This document shows, one piece after another, positions 26,131 to 40,678 of a stretch of 64,000 nt of DNA. Origin of the DNA: Euprymna scolopes (lineage: Eukaryota); assembly GCA_053919585.1 (NCBI GenBank), contig CM132798.1. One strand, given 5' to 3'. The position numbers and the translations under genes were made by a program. The stretch's first letter is position 1. The number at the start of each line of letters is the position of its first letter. The notes beneath the pieces are model-generated. The model was not told the origin of the DNA. It saw only the letters and a program-made list of their open reading frames with translations, and made no database searches.

Positions 26131-27559
26131 AACTAGTTAAACATGTGCTTCTGGATTGTTGTGCCTTCAAGGCATTTAGAAATTATAATCACAAGTTTAA
26201 GGTGTTTTGATGATTTGGTTCACTGCCATAATTGAATCCATATTGGGATGTGCTGAATATGCTGAATATGTACCCGTTGGTAATTGACCAAATCAGTAAA
26301 TTGGCAACTATATATGTTAATTGTTCCTTATTTAATTTATAATCTGAGGAATCAACCATGTCTCGTCTTTGCTGTTCTATTCAGTTGCCGCGATTTCATT
26401 TTATTCTTATTTTATCCTCTACACAGGCTACAATGTAATCAAAGTTAGTTCGACTTAAATCGCCGGCAACGCAGCCGATTATTAAAAAGATAATAACAAA
26501 CAATCCGTGTTTATTTATCGATCAGATTTCATAACTTGGATCGTAGATGAATTCCTGTGTTCTTCTTCTAGCCACATGCCTCTCAGAGTTTAACACACCA
26601 TTACGGACAATAACATGTATTGTGATTATCTTTGGCAAGATATGATTGAAGTCAAGTATTTTCCTCTTTGTGATTCAGCCACATATGTTGGTGAGTATTT
26701 TAATCAGTATTGTGTATTATTAAATAGTTGAGACTATTCAAGCAGCTTATTACATTTCTACGTTCATGTGCTGATGTACCATACCTCATGCCTGTTGTAT
26801 TCTTCACCTGCTGAAATGCGATTCTATGTTTTTTAACTTACTACTTCCATAAATCTCTTTACCCATCCTTAAATAATTTACACAGTGTATCATCCTCATT
26901 TTTACATCAAGTCTAATGCACTTCGCATCGTTTTCATAACAATCTTTTTACATTTATGCAGTTTTTACGCAGTTTATACTGTATTTGCAGTTAGTTGCTC
27001 ATAAATCATTTTTCAGACAGTCGGAAATTAGTAAGGAGAACTAGATTGTCAATCCATCGCTGTGTGCGTTTATTTATATAAAACACTATGGTGATCAAAT
27101 GTCATAGCAATGGAAAAAATGGATCGATGAATTCTTATTCTTTAGTTTCAGATGGAAAACCGTGTTAGTTATTATTACACGCCAACGAATTTGCAATAGT
27201 TGCTACGAATTCATAATCGGGACTCTATAAGGTCATCGTCTACTCCATGTCCAATATTTACTACCAACCACCCATAACACAATTCATCATCTCACAAAGC
27301 TGTCACAATAAAACTTGTAATATCATGCAATATCAACATACAAGCTCAGGTAAGATGTGCAATGTATGATCATGAAAATTCAGATTTACATACCGCTGAC
27401 TAGTCCTAATCTATATAGTAAAACATCACGTCTATGTGTGTCTGCCTGTACACGAAAAGGCTCCTATAGAGGTTAGTGTAATACTAAACTCATCACATAC
27501 AGTGACAGAAGAGGTATCAAGGATCGAAATACGTATGTAGGTTTTGAATAGGGATGGTT

Positions 27560-28935
27560 GATTAAAAGTATTGAGTCTGCGTTCGCGATCGCTCCCCAAG
27601 GACATAAGAATACTTTGATAAGTAAGTTTCTGCTAGAAATAGAAATCTATAATAAAACTATGGAGTTTGCGTTCGCGCACTTGCCCCCAATAGAATGGAA
27701 ATATTCAACAAACTATAATAAGAACTTTCGGTATCTATCCCAGTACGTATATTCTGATNNNNNNNNNNNNNNNNNNNNNNNNNNNNNNNNNNNNNNNNNN
27801 NNNNNNNNNNNNNNNNNNNNNNNNNNNNNNNNNNNNNNNNNNNNNNNNNNNNNNNNNNNNNNNNNNNNNNNNNNNNNNNNNNNNNNNNNNNNNNNNNNNN
27901 NNNTTTGCTCGGACCCTATGTACTTTTGATACATTGCCCTATGTGTGACTACACTTTATGAAAGATGTCAAATGTTTAGTCCAAAATTTGTCTGAGTAAT
28001 TTCGTATAGCCTGCAAGAAATCGGAATCTATGAAAAAACTGTGGAGTTTGCGTTCGCGCACTTGCCTCCATAGAATGGAAATATTCAACAAACTATAATA
28101 AGAACTTTTGGTATCTATCGCAGTACGTATACTCTGATAAGTATGATTCAGTCTAAAGNNNNNNNNNNNNNNNNNNNNNNNNNNNNNNNNNNNNNNNNNN
28201 NNNNNNNNNNNNNNNNNNNNNNNNNNNNNNNNNNNNNNNNNNNNNNNNNNNNNNNNNNNNNNNNNNNNNNNNNNNNNNNNNNNNNNTCGCTCGGATCCTA
28301 TGTACTTTTCAAAACTTGCAGTACGTGTGAATACACTTCATGAAAGATGTCAAGTGTTTAGACCAAAATTTGTCTGAGTAATTTCATATAGCCTGCAGAG
28401 GTCAACGTTTTTAATCTTTGGCCCCAATTTTGACCCCTTAGCATTTATAATTTTGGTCTTAAATCAAAATACAAAGTTTAACCCATGTTCCAGTTACCTA
28501 TATCTAAGTTTTTAAGTCTGTAGACCCAAAATTCTCGGAGGAAATTTGTAAGATCTGCAAAGGTAAACTCTTTTAACTTTGACCTTTTGCCAGATAAATG
28601 TTCGCCCCAAAACTGATTAAAATTCCTGCTGCATGTTTGAATACCCCTTACGTATAAATTTCAATTGACCCGGTGGCAGCTCAAATTTTCGACCCAACCT
28701 GATTAAAAAGCTTGCCCTATGTCTGAATACCCTTTATAGAAAATTTCAAATGGTTCTATCAGAAATATCAGGTCAATTCCTTTTTACTTTGATCCCAATT
28801 TTGACTCCTTAACATTTATTCTTTCGGCTCAAATTAAATTAAAAAGAATTTCCCATATCTCAATACCCCTTATGTCAAAACTCGAGTCTCTAGAGTTAAA
28901 ATTGACAGAGTTATTTCGTAGGGAATTTGCACCTG
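27560..28935 (-). mobile_element. Non-autonomous Helitron-family internal repeats, including a ~385-bp tandem duplication spanning gaps
   Basis: Shares modules (AAATTTCAA.TGT.TAGACC.AAA, GAGTCTCTAGA..AAAATTGACAGAGTTATT.CGTAGGGAA) with 40927-41354; 27650-28020 is repeated at 28035-28400. Confidence 0.65.
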
Positions 28936-29368
28936 GAACTAATAGAGTGTGAAAAATGTCACAAAGTTTTAAATTTGTTTTTTTTTATTTGGATCCACAT
29001 GAGAATGTTGGGATACGCGTGTTTCAGTTTGACCAGCTACGGCATAAAAAAATTATAGGGTCTACCTGGCGTTCATGAATGTGTTTACTTATTTTTAATA
29101 AAATATATTTTTAAAAGATAAGTTGTTTGTGAGTAATGCCGAATACAATTCAGGGACAGAAATATAATTTAGCCAATATGTGAATACTTTATGATAAATA
29201 ATAGAGGGGTTAAACTATTTGATATCATTTTTAATGTGTGTTCTTGTTCCCTTTAAGTAATAGATATTTTTCTTTAAATATCAAGTTTACGAGAATACTC
29301 CAAAACAACTTATTTTACTAAACTATATTCTATTTAAAAAAAATAGACTAAAAAACATATTTCGGGGT

Positions 29369-29892
29369 AACGGTATTGACTCGAGGGTCAACCACCAGTT
29401 TTGCTCAGTATGAAAAGCTTTCGATGGAAAATTACTTAATTAGTATGCTCGGGTTATTTTACTAAACTGGCCAATTCGGGTGAATTCAATTTTGATAATG
29501 CAGAGGTAGATTGGCCGTATGTCACGTCAAACCTCGTCAGCCCTTTCCCAGGTCCCTAAATATAAGAAAGCATGCAAGAGCGAATTTTGGCAAATGAGTT
29601 GATCAGTCGAGTTGAACTGAATTCGGGGGTAAACAGAGCTTTAACAAGCACCTCTATCTACGTCCCATGCGACCGCCTAAACTTGGACTAACGGAAATAT
29701 CACAGAAGATAAAATAAACAGTGGTACTTCGCAGATAGATTATTTTTCTTGTCTGAATGAACTGTTACACACCATCGTTTATATTTGCGTTGGTAAAAAA
29801 GTCATTGTTTCATTTTATTCCACTGTACGATAGCAAAACATTTTAATTTTAGCTTGACTTTGCTCGGGGCCTATGTATTGTTTATAATTTTA

Positions 29893-29960
<68 letters not shown>

Positions 29961-31010
29961 TTGGTTCATGTCCAGGTAACCTATATCTAAAATTTAAAAT
30001 GTTTAGACCGAAAATTAGCGGAAAGGTTCCGCAGAGTCTGCAACGGTGAGCTCTTTAAACTTTGATGTCTTGACAGCAAAATTTACGCCGAAAAACTGAT
30101 TACGAAGCTTGATGTATATCTGAATACCCGTTATGTAAATTTTCATATACCTGAACCCAATATTGGCTACATAGTTCGATAAAAAAACCGCCAACATTTT
30201 TGAACTGCAATCCTTTGGCAGTAAAGACCTGTTCTATGTTTGATTATACTTTATGTAAAATTTCAAATGTTTTGTCCAAAAATTGGCTGAGTGATTTAGT
30301 AGAGATTGCCCTACATTAACAAAAAAATGACCTGAATTTTTACCCATTAACATTTATTGTTTTGGGCTTAAATCAGATTAAAAGTTTGATCCATAGTCAA
30401 GCAACCTACATCGAAAATTTCAATTTTTCAGATCCTAAATTATCGGCGAAGTTTGATAGACTTTTCAAATGTCAAATCGCTGAATGTTTCGCCCTTTGTC
30501 TTTTACATTTCTGGCCGAAATCCGATTAAAATATTTTCCTATACACATTATGTCAAATCTAGAGTCTCTAGACTGAAAATTGAGAGAGTAATATTTTAGT
30601 AAAATGTATACACGTAGACACACATATAGATAATGCCACCTTTATACACATTTGATTACTTCTTGTAAAAAGCAGAACTGACAGCTCGAGTTTTATTTCA
30701 TTCATTTGGGATTTCAAACTTAACTACTAAACGAAATAATCGACGGAAGTAAATTTATTTCAAGATACAGCAAGCAGATGTGGGCACCTACCCTATCTCT
30801 GGCTATATGCTGCGGTCTGCGTTACACCTATCTCCAGAGAGACTTTGTGCTTGTTTTCTTTTGTTTTTGTTTTTTCTCATATTCATTTTCTATTATAGCT
30901 ATTTTACTTGCGGCCACCTTGTGAAAAGAGGAATAACTGGAATCGCGTATCAACGCCGTCATCGTATAGTCCACGTGACTGAACTTTCTAGGGTGTTTGA
31001 CCCTTGTGGA
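29369..31010 (+). mobile_element. Copy 1 of an unclassified ~0.9-kb interspersed element with CCAAT/TATA motifs, interrupted at ~29855-30655
   Basis: Colinear with 34029-34980 on both sides of the insertion (GGGTGAATTCAATTTTGATAATGCAGAGGT; TTGTGAAAAGAGGAATAACTGGAATCGCGTA). Confidence 0.8.
29855..30655 (-). mobile_element. Helitron-family fragment with internal (TA)n, nested in the preceding element
   Basis: Similar to 28290-28935 and 41020-41330; absent from the 34-kb copy. Confidence 0.7.
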
Positions 31011-33029
31011 TTTCATCAAATCAGGATAGACGAGACAGTAAATTTTCTCTTTTGTATTTAGATATATTTACTATTTTTGTCGGTGCTTACATGTGGAGCT
31101 GAATTAAGAGATATATAGTAAACAATTACATGACTAGAGAGGCGTGCACATGACAGAATACATATTTTAAAGTGAAAAATAGTTAACGTTATTTATTTAT
31201 TTTTTGAAAGAACGGAAAAAATATCCATCGATGTCAGCATTCATACTTTAGGTTGAAGAATAGTTAACGTTTTATATCTACTGATTGAGATGTCATGTTT
31301 CAATGTAAAACATATTTGATATATTTTTTAAAGCAAAATCACTATCAATTGACAGGAGCTATGTGAAGAATAGCTAACGTTTGCTTTAAACTACCGGTTA
31401 GCACGAGTTTTATTTTACAGTGAAGCATATTCCATGCCATTATAATACATGGCATCATCCGTGGTTTTTTTAAGAAAGGAACTTTGCTGTTGTGATTATA
31501 ATTTACAAGCATGAGTTGTATTTTGAAAAAAAATGAATTTGACGTGTAACGTCTGTTGCTAATAAGTAATTAAATAATTTGAGAATGAGTGCTTAGGTGT
31601 GAACAATGATTGTCAAGAGTGATCCGATAGAATTGGGTTGATAGTGGCAGGCAGTTAGTGAGAAACAAATTGTTTTGATGGCGTATGAGGCTGCCGACAA
31701 ACTGGTGTCACGGGTTATCGTGATTTCCCTGAGAGCAGCCGTGGTTATCGCTGGTTAAGAACTTCTCTAGTGTGAAGACCGCCTATGACTCGGCCAGCGG
31801 GTTTGAAATGAGATTGCCGGACTGGCAGCGAAAATTTCGATTTTGGGTGATAGCCTTTCCTGACAGGTCGCTGAGAGACAGTTGAAATGTCCACGTTGTC
31901 TTGCCAGATATGCTTGCAGAAGTGATGGAGGATGGAAACCTTAAGGTAGATTTCACTAAGGGCAGTCCGCTGAAAGTGCAGGAAGGCCTCGATTTTAACT
32001 AGGCGCAAGAGAATATTGTGGAAGGTCGACAGCTTGGTAAACAGTCCCGATCGAAAATGGTCATCAAAATTCCGCTGGCCACTATGCCGAAACAAGACAA
32101 ATACTAGTAGAAAAGCCTTGAGAACGGGATCAATCTGTCTGGGTAGTCAGTTCAGCCAGGAATATAACTGGTGCACTTATGCAGCAAATCGCAGACTGGG
32201 AATTAAAATGTTGGATGACATGAAGCCACACGAACCTCCATATTGCAAGGCTTAACGACGATTTGGGAGTATTTAAACTGGCTACTCAAGAGAGGAAAAA
32301 TATTAATAAATAAAAATAAAATGGTAATAATGTATTCTAAATGCGCTTTGATGCTGTTTCGTTCTTGACAATGAATTGAAAGCATTAAAATTGACAGGTG
32401 GTCAGTCATTAGGCCAGGCATCATTTCGGAAAAAGGGATGAGATAATTAAGAAGGTTATACTTTCGAAAATTAAAATGGAAAAATGTTGAAAAAAGTTTG
32501 GAGACATTTAAACTGACGAATAGAAATATCTTCGAACTTGAAAAAGTAGTTGTGAAAAGAAAAATTGCAGGAGGAGGTAGAGAAGTAAATAATTTACACA
32601 GATCCTTACGAAAAGCGAAACCGACAGTACGGATTATAATTGGGCTTAGTATTTTATAAGTAATGAATTTAACATAAAGAAAAAATATTATATTAAACTT
32701 AGAACCAATGCGATACAAGCCGTTAATTGTATGGTTTAAAATACAAATGAAAAAAAAGCGAGGAAATAAGAGCGTACTGGGTCACGATGAGCAAACAGCT
32801 CGCACACGGGTCAGATTCTCATTTGTCCCCGTTCATAAAATCGAGACAACTTGCAAATGCGATTCGTGTCACGGCGTTGCAGAAGAATAACCAAGAGTTG
32901 TCCGGATTAGCTACGATTCTGTTTTACGCGAGTTCGGAAACAATTTCATTGTTTTCCTAGGAAGTATCATCGAAAAATTATTTTGAGCCCTGATATAAAC
33001 ATCTGCACGCTAGCCACGAGGCACACAAC

Positions 33030-33170
33030 CGGTCGAGCGGTGGTTGACGGCTGAGGGAGATCGGTTCGAATGTCTGCGTTTCTCGACCTTGTAGGTGTGG
33101 CCAAAAAAGGACCCCGTTCCGTCATGCTGTTGGCGGTTGTGGGGGTAAATCAGCCGAAGATTAAGTAGAT
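33030..33170 (+). mobile_element. Possible decayed tRNA-derived SINE
   Basis: A-box-like CGGTCGAGCGG and B-box-like GGTTCGAAT at Pol III-like spacing, followed by a GC-richer body. Confidence 0.3.
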
Positions 33171-34028
33171 GAACTGATTTTTTATGTGATACGTTTACGC
33201 AATAATGAAACGATAGAGTGCACTCTATGAATTGGATCCCAGTAAAGACAATAAGCTAAGTTGGGATTATTAAAAAACTACACGAAAAAATACGAATGGC
33301 CGCCCTTCAATAGACCGATAAAATGTTGTTTTTTTTGTTCTTTTTTTGCATGGAATTGAACTGAAAGGAAGCTACTGTAGAAACGGTAATTCTCCTAAAA
33401 AGACAGTTGTCTCAGATGGGGTAAATCAAAATAAAGGAAACAGTAGAAAAGCGAGTGGTCTTCCTTGATTAGAAATGAATTATTGCTAGATAATAACACA
33501 AATATAAACCTTTCTGGTATGAACATATACGAAATTTTGCATGATTAGCGCATGTTGCATAAATTTTTATTTTTTACATGTGAACTGATAGTTGTAGAAA
33601 TACCATGTACAAACTTGATGCGCTAAGCGATAAATTATCGTAGGACGTTGTCTGTCAGCGACAAATAAGCTACAAGGCAAACTAAAGATGGGTCAGTGAT
33701 GTACGGAGAAACGTATGGACGGGTTGGATTCGCCCTTATTTTTTAGAAGCTATGAGAGTTAAGGTGCAAATATTACCCAACCACTTGTGATGGTCTAATT
33801 TCACATTAATGACGGTTACTATGGAGTTCGGTTAAAGCTTTTGTTATGTGCGCATTACCGAGCGATTACCGATTGCCTTGTAAACATAATTTGTTTAGTT
33901 GATGGCACAAACCAAAATAAGGAAAAATATTGCGGATTAATTTTAATATTTAATGATAATATTGTTTTTTAAAGGAACTAATTACTTTAGGGAGAATAGT
34001 ATTAAAGTTATTTTCTGTAAACGTGAGA

Positions 34029-34980
34029 AACAGTATGGACCCGAAGGTCTATCCGCGAGTTTTGCTCAGTGTAAGAAGATTTCGATAGAAAAGTTAATTA
34101 ATTAATGTACTCAAGTAATGTTCACCAGATTGGCCAATCAGGGTGAATTCAATTTTGATAATGCAGAGGTCGATTTGCTGAATGGGACGTCGGAGCTAGT
34201 CACCTCTGTCACGTTCCCTTACTATAAGAAGGCATGCATGAGCTAATTTTGTCAATCCAGTGTGCAGTCCAGTTTAATTTAGTTGAATTGAATTAGGGTG
34301 GAAACAGAACCTTTACAAGCTCCTCCACCACGCCGCCCGCTAAACTCTCCACTCTCACTGAGAAAAGGCGACGGGAATATCACAATAATGAGAGAAGATA
34401 AAATACAAGAAACAATGATAGTTTGCAGATAAATTCCTTTTCTTGTCTGAGCCAACTGTTACATGCAACTGTAAATATTTGCGTTGGTAAAAATTATTTT
34501 CTATTTAATTACACTCTATAATAACAAACCATTGTAATCAGGTGTTTTATTTATTAATTAATCCTTCTAAAAACAAGAACTGACGACTTGAGTGCTATTT
34601 TAATTATTGTCTACGGGATGTGTAGCTTAACTACCAAATGAAACAATCAAGTAGATTTATTTTTAGGAGACAGCAAGCATGGGAACCTAGTACCTCTCAA
34701 GATACAGATTGCGGCTCGTGTAACACTCCTCTTCCCGGATACTAAGCGTTTGTTTATTATTTTTTTCTCCTTTTTTCTATTTTTGTTCTTTTACTTGCGG
34801 AACACTTGTGAAAAGAGGAATAACTGGAATCGCGTAACAAACCCCATCATCGTATAGGCGATGAAACCCCCGGTACTGAACTTTGTGTGTTCCGAAATCG
34901 GAACTACCTAGAACTACACGTTGGAGTTTCCGTTACGTTTGCGGTTGTTTGATCAAGACGTTACCCTTTGGAATTTCATA
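34029..34980 (+). mobile_element. Copy 2 (uninterrupted) of the unclassified interspersed element
   Basis: Homologous to 29369-31010; ATTGGCCAAT ~34129-34138, TATAAGAA at 34223. Confidence 0.8.
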
Positions 34981-37779
34981 ACCGTATTCAGAGGTTCAAT
35001 CGCGAATACCTTTATTAACATTTTTACATGATTTTGTGTTCAAACGTACTTCACATACGTCTGACATTCGTATGTGTATCAATAAGTCACAAGTTAAAAC
35101 ACTCAACTTGCTGGTTTGCATTTAGGTATGGATTGCTTTTTACACGGTGAATATATATCAGGGCCTCTAGAGCATAGAGAAAGGCCAACGTTTTAATAGT
35201 CACTCATGATAGTAAGTAAAACTGGAAATATTGTCTACAAGGAATTATTTTATGAGGGATTAACACACTAATAAGTGTACCTTATTCACAAGCCGTTTAA
35301 ACCCAGAGGTGTAATCAAAGGAATAAAACTGTTAAGAAATACCGAGATTATTGTATGTATTTTCGTAGAAAACTTTCAAATTGGATTTAATGACTGGATG
35401 TTGACGAATTTTGTTAGGATTAACCCCATTCTTTTAAAAATGCTAAGGCGGGGTATATGTTTCTCGGCGCAACATACTAAATATATATGTGAGTCATATG
35501 TTTATATTTTTGGTGTATATTATACACATTTTAGTTTTGGTGCTTGTGTTACAATCTGTAATTGTATATGCAATTCTATAGATTTATATTTTACAGCTTG
35601 ATAATTTCTCATTTAAAGAATTTACTTTTGAGTGCTTAATTTTGATTATTGAAACGTATGGTTGGAATGGAGATTGCGCTAGGAATTCCCCACAAGTAGG
35701 AGCAATTCCCTACAGTGAAAGGAACTCTTGTTTCCTATAATTTTATTACTTTTATTTCATTACATAATATATTGTTTTACATGGTTTTACGATTTCTTTT
35801 CAATAGAGAAATAGAAATAGGTCAATGTGCGGATAATAGAATTTCGTTTTATTTTCACATGATATTTTTTTGTCGCTCTAAGCTATTCATATAAGAAAAA
35901 TATTTCTGCAAAATTTTACTTTTCATTTAATTATATTTTGCTTTGGTTTCGATACCCTAAATTTGAAGCGATCTCTTTACATGCACACTCTCTTTTATTG
36001 ACTATATATACTATTAAAAAATCAGACTCTATTTTTGAAGGTATATTTGGAACCCAGTCTCCGACGGGTACTTCTGCTATTACTTATTAAGCCAACTAAT
36101 AACATTTTGAAATGATGTTGTTCATGGGAAGAATTTTACGCCATTGATCTCTTACCGGTTAATCGATCATGTAAAATACAGTTTCAAATCTTTGCTATAC
36201 ACGATTACTCCATTCTAACACTATTGGCTTTGCCATAGCTGCTAAATCAATGTTGATTAATCGTCCAGCAACAATTGCTGTTTATCTCTCTGGCCACTCA
36301 GAATCATAAAGATCGTAATGTTTAAACTTTTTAACGTGCTATTTTCAAATTAGATTCCGTTTGCTTTATGGCAGTAAACGTTGGGAACTGATTCCATGAG
36401 TGTAAAAGCAAAATTTGATTAAGTCATGTATTACAGTCTATTTCCAAATTAATCAGAGAGAAAGGCAAACGAACTGACTCCTAAATTGTGAAGTTCACAC
36501 CTATTACTATCGTCGTGGTTGATATCTAGATTAAAAATATACAGACAGTAACAGACAGTAATGTTGCTACTACGGTACGGCACGACAATTACCTTCTGCG
36601 TATTTGAAGTTAAAGAGCAGGTGACAGTAGTATAGCCTAATAGCTAATACTCACTTTAATCAGGAATGTTAGACTTGAGTATTCGTTCTCTTAGGTGCCT
36701 GACATCACAAAATGCTAAATAGTACAATCCTTCAAAAAGTCACACAAATGCTGGGATATTGCTAAACATTAAGATTTAATCGGTGGCAAATGCATGTCTC
36801 AGCTAATAAAACCTAAGCTCTGATAAATGTTTGTCTCATAGTTGTTTTTATAAGGTCACAAGGTGTAATTAAATTTGAGTTGTTTGGGAGAAGTTGTGTT
36901 TTCCAATACGTAAAATTCAGACACAAGTGNNNNNNNNNNNNNNNNNNNNNNNNNNNNNNNNNNNNNNNNNNNNNNNNNNNNNNNNNNNNNNNNNNNNNNN
37001 NNNNNNNNNNNNNNNNNNNNNNNNNNNNNNNNNNNNNNNNNNNNNNNNNNNNNNNNNNNNNNNNNNNNNNNNNNNNNNNNNNNNNNNNNNNNNNNNNNNN
37101 NNNNNNNNNNNNNNNNNNNNNNNNNNNNNNNNNNNNNNNNNNNNNNNNNNNNNNNNNNNNNNNNNNNNNNNNNNNNNNNNNNNNNNNNNNNNNNNNNNNN
37201 NNNNNNNNNNNNNNNNNNNNNNNNNNNNNNNNNNNNNNNNNNNNNNNNNNNNNNNNNNNNNNNNNNNNNNNNNNNNNNNNNNNNNNNNNNNNNNNNNNNN
37301 NNNNNNNNNNNNNNNNNNNNNNNNNNNNNNNNNNNNNNNNNNNNNNNNNNNNNNNNNNNNNNNNNNNNNNNNNNNNNNNNNNNNNNNNNNNNNNNNNNNN
37401 NNNNNNNNNNNNNNNNNNNNNNNNNNCATGGAGAGTACATATTTTAAGCATAATTAAATACATGCTTTTTTATTTTTTGAGTATATGTATATATAGTATA
37501 CATACCAAAATAAAAATGCATTTACATCACTGTCATTGCATGTTATTATTAATATAATTCGCCTTGCTCTACAAATTTTTGTGAGTCGGAACTAAGACAC
37601 AGAATCAGATTTTGTCTTAGATTCAGAATGAGAAAATAGTCAAATAAAAAATAGAAACTCTTTAACGTCATAAGTTTTTGGCGAATTTCAAACATTCGAC
37701 GAAACACATGTAAGACGAATATATGCTTTATATAAAAGTAAATGACTGTGATGTAACCGCTTCTTTGATTGCATGTTTA

Positions 37780-37816
<37 letters not shown>

Positions 37817-39041
37817 TATACATACGTAAGTATACATATGGGTACATATGCATATATATATACGTATATATACATATGCATTAATATACACACACACATA
37901 TATATATGTATGTATATATACTTACATCTACATACACGCATACATATATATAAAATTCACTTTGTGTGTACGTTTCTTCCCGATAGTCTTCTAAACTGCT
38001 AAGCCTTGCTTTTGGAAATTTTACACAAAGCTCATTTATATGCGAGGCAGTGTGCTTAGATATGATTTTCAATGAAATTCGTCTGATAAGTATCGAAAAT
38101 CGAAAACATGCTATCCTCCAAATAGTATTTCTTTCTTATATAGAAACACTAATTTTTACAAGGAAATATTTTAGTTTGCACCGGCAAGAAAGATAATGAA
38201 ACCTCCACAAATATTTTTTTCTTAGAAAAAGCATTGTTAAAATGTGGGAATGAAAGAGAAAAACGCGGGGAACGTTAATTAATCCGTTTAGAAGCTTTTA
38301 AACGGTGGACACGTGTATAGAAATGACTTAAGATCGATGTATATTATAGAGCGAATGCTCGAGAAGTCCTCGGTCAGAAAGCCTCCGTCGCTAGGAAGGC
38401 GACGTCAATATATTTACAAATAGTCATTTCTAAAACAGGATGTTTTTTCGGGTTAAATCTAAATCACACGTATCTCATTTAAGGAACAATAGTTATAGTT
38501 TTATTGCTGAGTTCCTATTTCTGATATTTTTCAAGGAATATTCAATCAAAAGGTTTTCTTGAACCTACATTAACCTCTTTGGATGTAAGCTCCCGTATAG
38601 TAGACTTTCTCTCTGTAAAGAAATATGTGCACCCCATCTACATTTGGTATTCGTTATCTGGAAAAGTTAAACATGAGAAAACGAAACGAAAAGAATATGT
38701 CACTCTTTGAAAAATGGTGTTAATTATAAGAAAAGAAAACATCTCAGTAACACAGCTATGTAAAATAGCAAAGGAAAACAAAAAAAGGCAAGGAGCTGAA
38801 GCAGTGATAGTGATTGCAAAAGTACGTGAAGAATTTATTCTGACAAGTTAACTTTTCTGTAGTATTTCTTTTTTAAAGAACTGTCCTACTCTGATAAGAA
38901 AGTTTGTTGTAACTTGAAATACTATTATTATTGAAAGTGTATTAATAGCGGAGACTTGTGTGATCACAACGAGAAAAGTGTACGTTTAATGACTTGGAAA
39001 TACCATCTTATTCGGAATTCGTTATTGAGATGAGTATTATT

Positions 39042-39422
39042 TATGAATTGTATTTATTGCGGACTATTATCATCATCTTTTTCTTTGTTATTTCACGACG
39101 TTTCGCCCAACTATTCCCCCGTCCTTCGTCAGGTGGTAACCGCGACGGATAGGAACTCTGAATGTCCTGACTGCATCCACTGCAATTACTGCCTTCCGTA
39201 GTTGTTGTCGTCTCACCACTGTTTTGGCCAAGTAAGCCTCTGGCCCTTTTTTGGTAGGATTGAAATCGATATCTTCAGACAATTCTCACCTGGAACCATA
39301 GAGATTCAACGTCTTTATCAACTGCGCCAGGGGCCCCGAAGGCCGGAGAAATAGTTGGCCGAAACGTCGTGAAAAAACTAAGAAACAGATGAAGGTAATA
39401 GTCCGCAATAAATAAAATTATA
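39042..39422 (-). mobile_element. Short Penelope-like remnant with inverted pseudo-LTR arms and hammerhead motif
   Basis: Inverted arms 39042-39128 and 39337-39422; on minus CAC-CTGACGA-A..GAAACGTC-GTG (39094-39135). Confidence 0.7.
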
Positions 39423-40678
39423 GGAAATACCAGAATCTTTAAAAAGTTGTTTGTTGTCTATTGCTCAATATCTTATACGTTTCATAATTTTTTGTAATGC
39501 CTATCCGAGCATGCGTGGTTCTATGTAGATGTTGATAGAGTCATGAAACATTATCATTCCTCATCAACTACATTTACTTATTCTTTCAGTTTTATTAAAA
39601 TCACTAATAAAACAATTAATACGCGTCAATAAACACAAACGACAAGCCTCATTATATTCTGATAATGGCAGGGTAATGAGCATGAAGGTAACATACATTA
39701 ATAATAAAATCAAACCCTTCTGATTTATGCGTTATATGAATTTAAGTGCCGAAATTTTTGTTTACGGAAAAATATAAAATATCAAACAAATATAAATAGA
39801 AAATTACCATTGTTAAATTTACTAATAATAGACATATATCATTTTATGAGGGCATTTAAACGTATAAGGAATTCTAAACGTGTATCAATAAACTATATAT
39901 AAAGTTGAAAAAAATCAACTTCTTAAAATGAACGTTTATTTTCAACTCAAGGTCGTATTGCTCTTTTAAACATTTACTCAAGTCTCCTTTGTTTCCTTTT
40001 ACATACTCGCCCCGGAACCACTTCGTAAATGACTTAGTTCAACCCAGTCAGCCATAATTACTAGGCGTATCACTTCTTTCTCATCACTGTTGATGGTTGC
40101 ATCTGTTTTTTGTTTTTTGTTTTTTTTCTGGTGTTATATTTTGTAGTTAAATGGAGCTGTAGACGTATATTTAAACATAGAGCGCGTATAAATCAATTGC
40201 CTCTAATTGTATGGTGAGTGACAAACACAATACATATTATTGACGGCAGACGCTGTTATAAAACGGAAGTACCGGGAAACTAAAGAGAACTCGTGAATAA
40301 ATATAAGGTTTAAAACTTTAATGATGTAAACGCGAAACACACAAAAGACAAAGACGAATACGTTATATACGGATTTAGAAGGACGAACAGTGTATGTAAA
40401 GAGATTGATATAAAAACAAAAGACAACATATAAAAAGTCGAAAATAAAACGCAAAACATGAAAATAAATCTTTTTTATAATATAAGTGCAAAGTCAAAAT
40501 AAAGTATTAAAAAAAATGGACACACGTTTGATACTATATATATCAAGGATGTGATCATCGCAATCATCCTTAACCTAAGTCGATGTCTCATTAGTAGGAA
40601 TTTATACTCGCTAGGTTCATTCCACTGTTGGATTTCCTTGAGGTTTGCTTGATCCAGGATAGTTAATAAGGTTTTATG

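Noticed and set aside
31745-32718. ORFs of 79-171 aa
   Set aside because: No assignable motifs; probably eroded TE or chance ORFs
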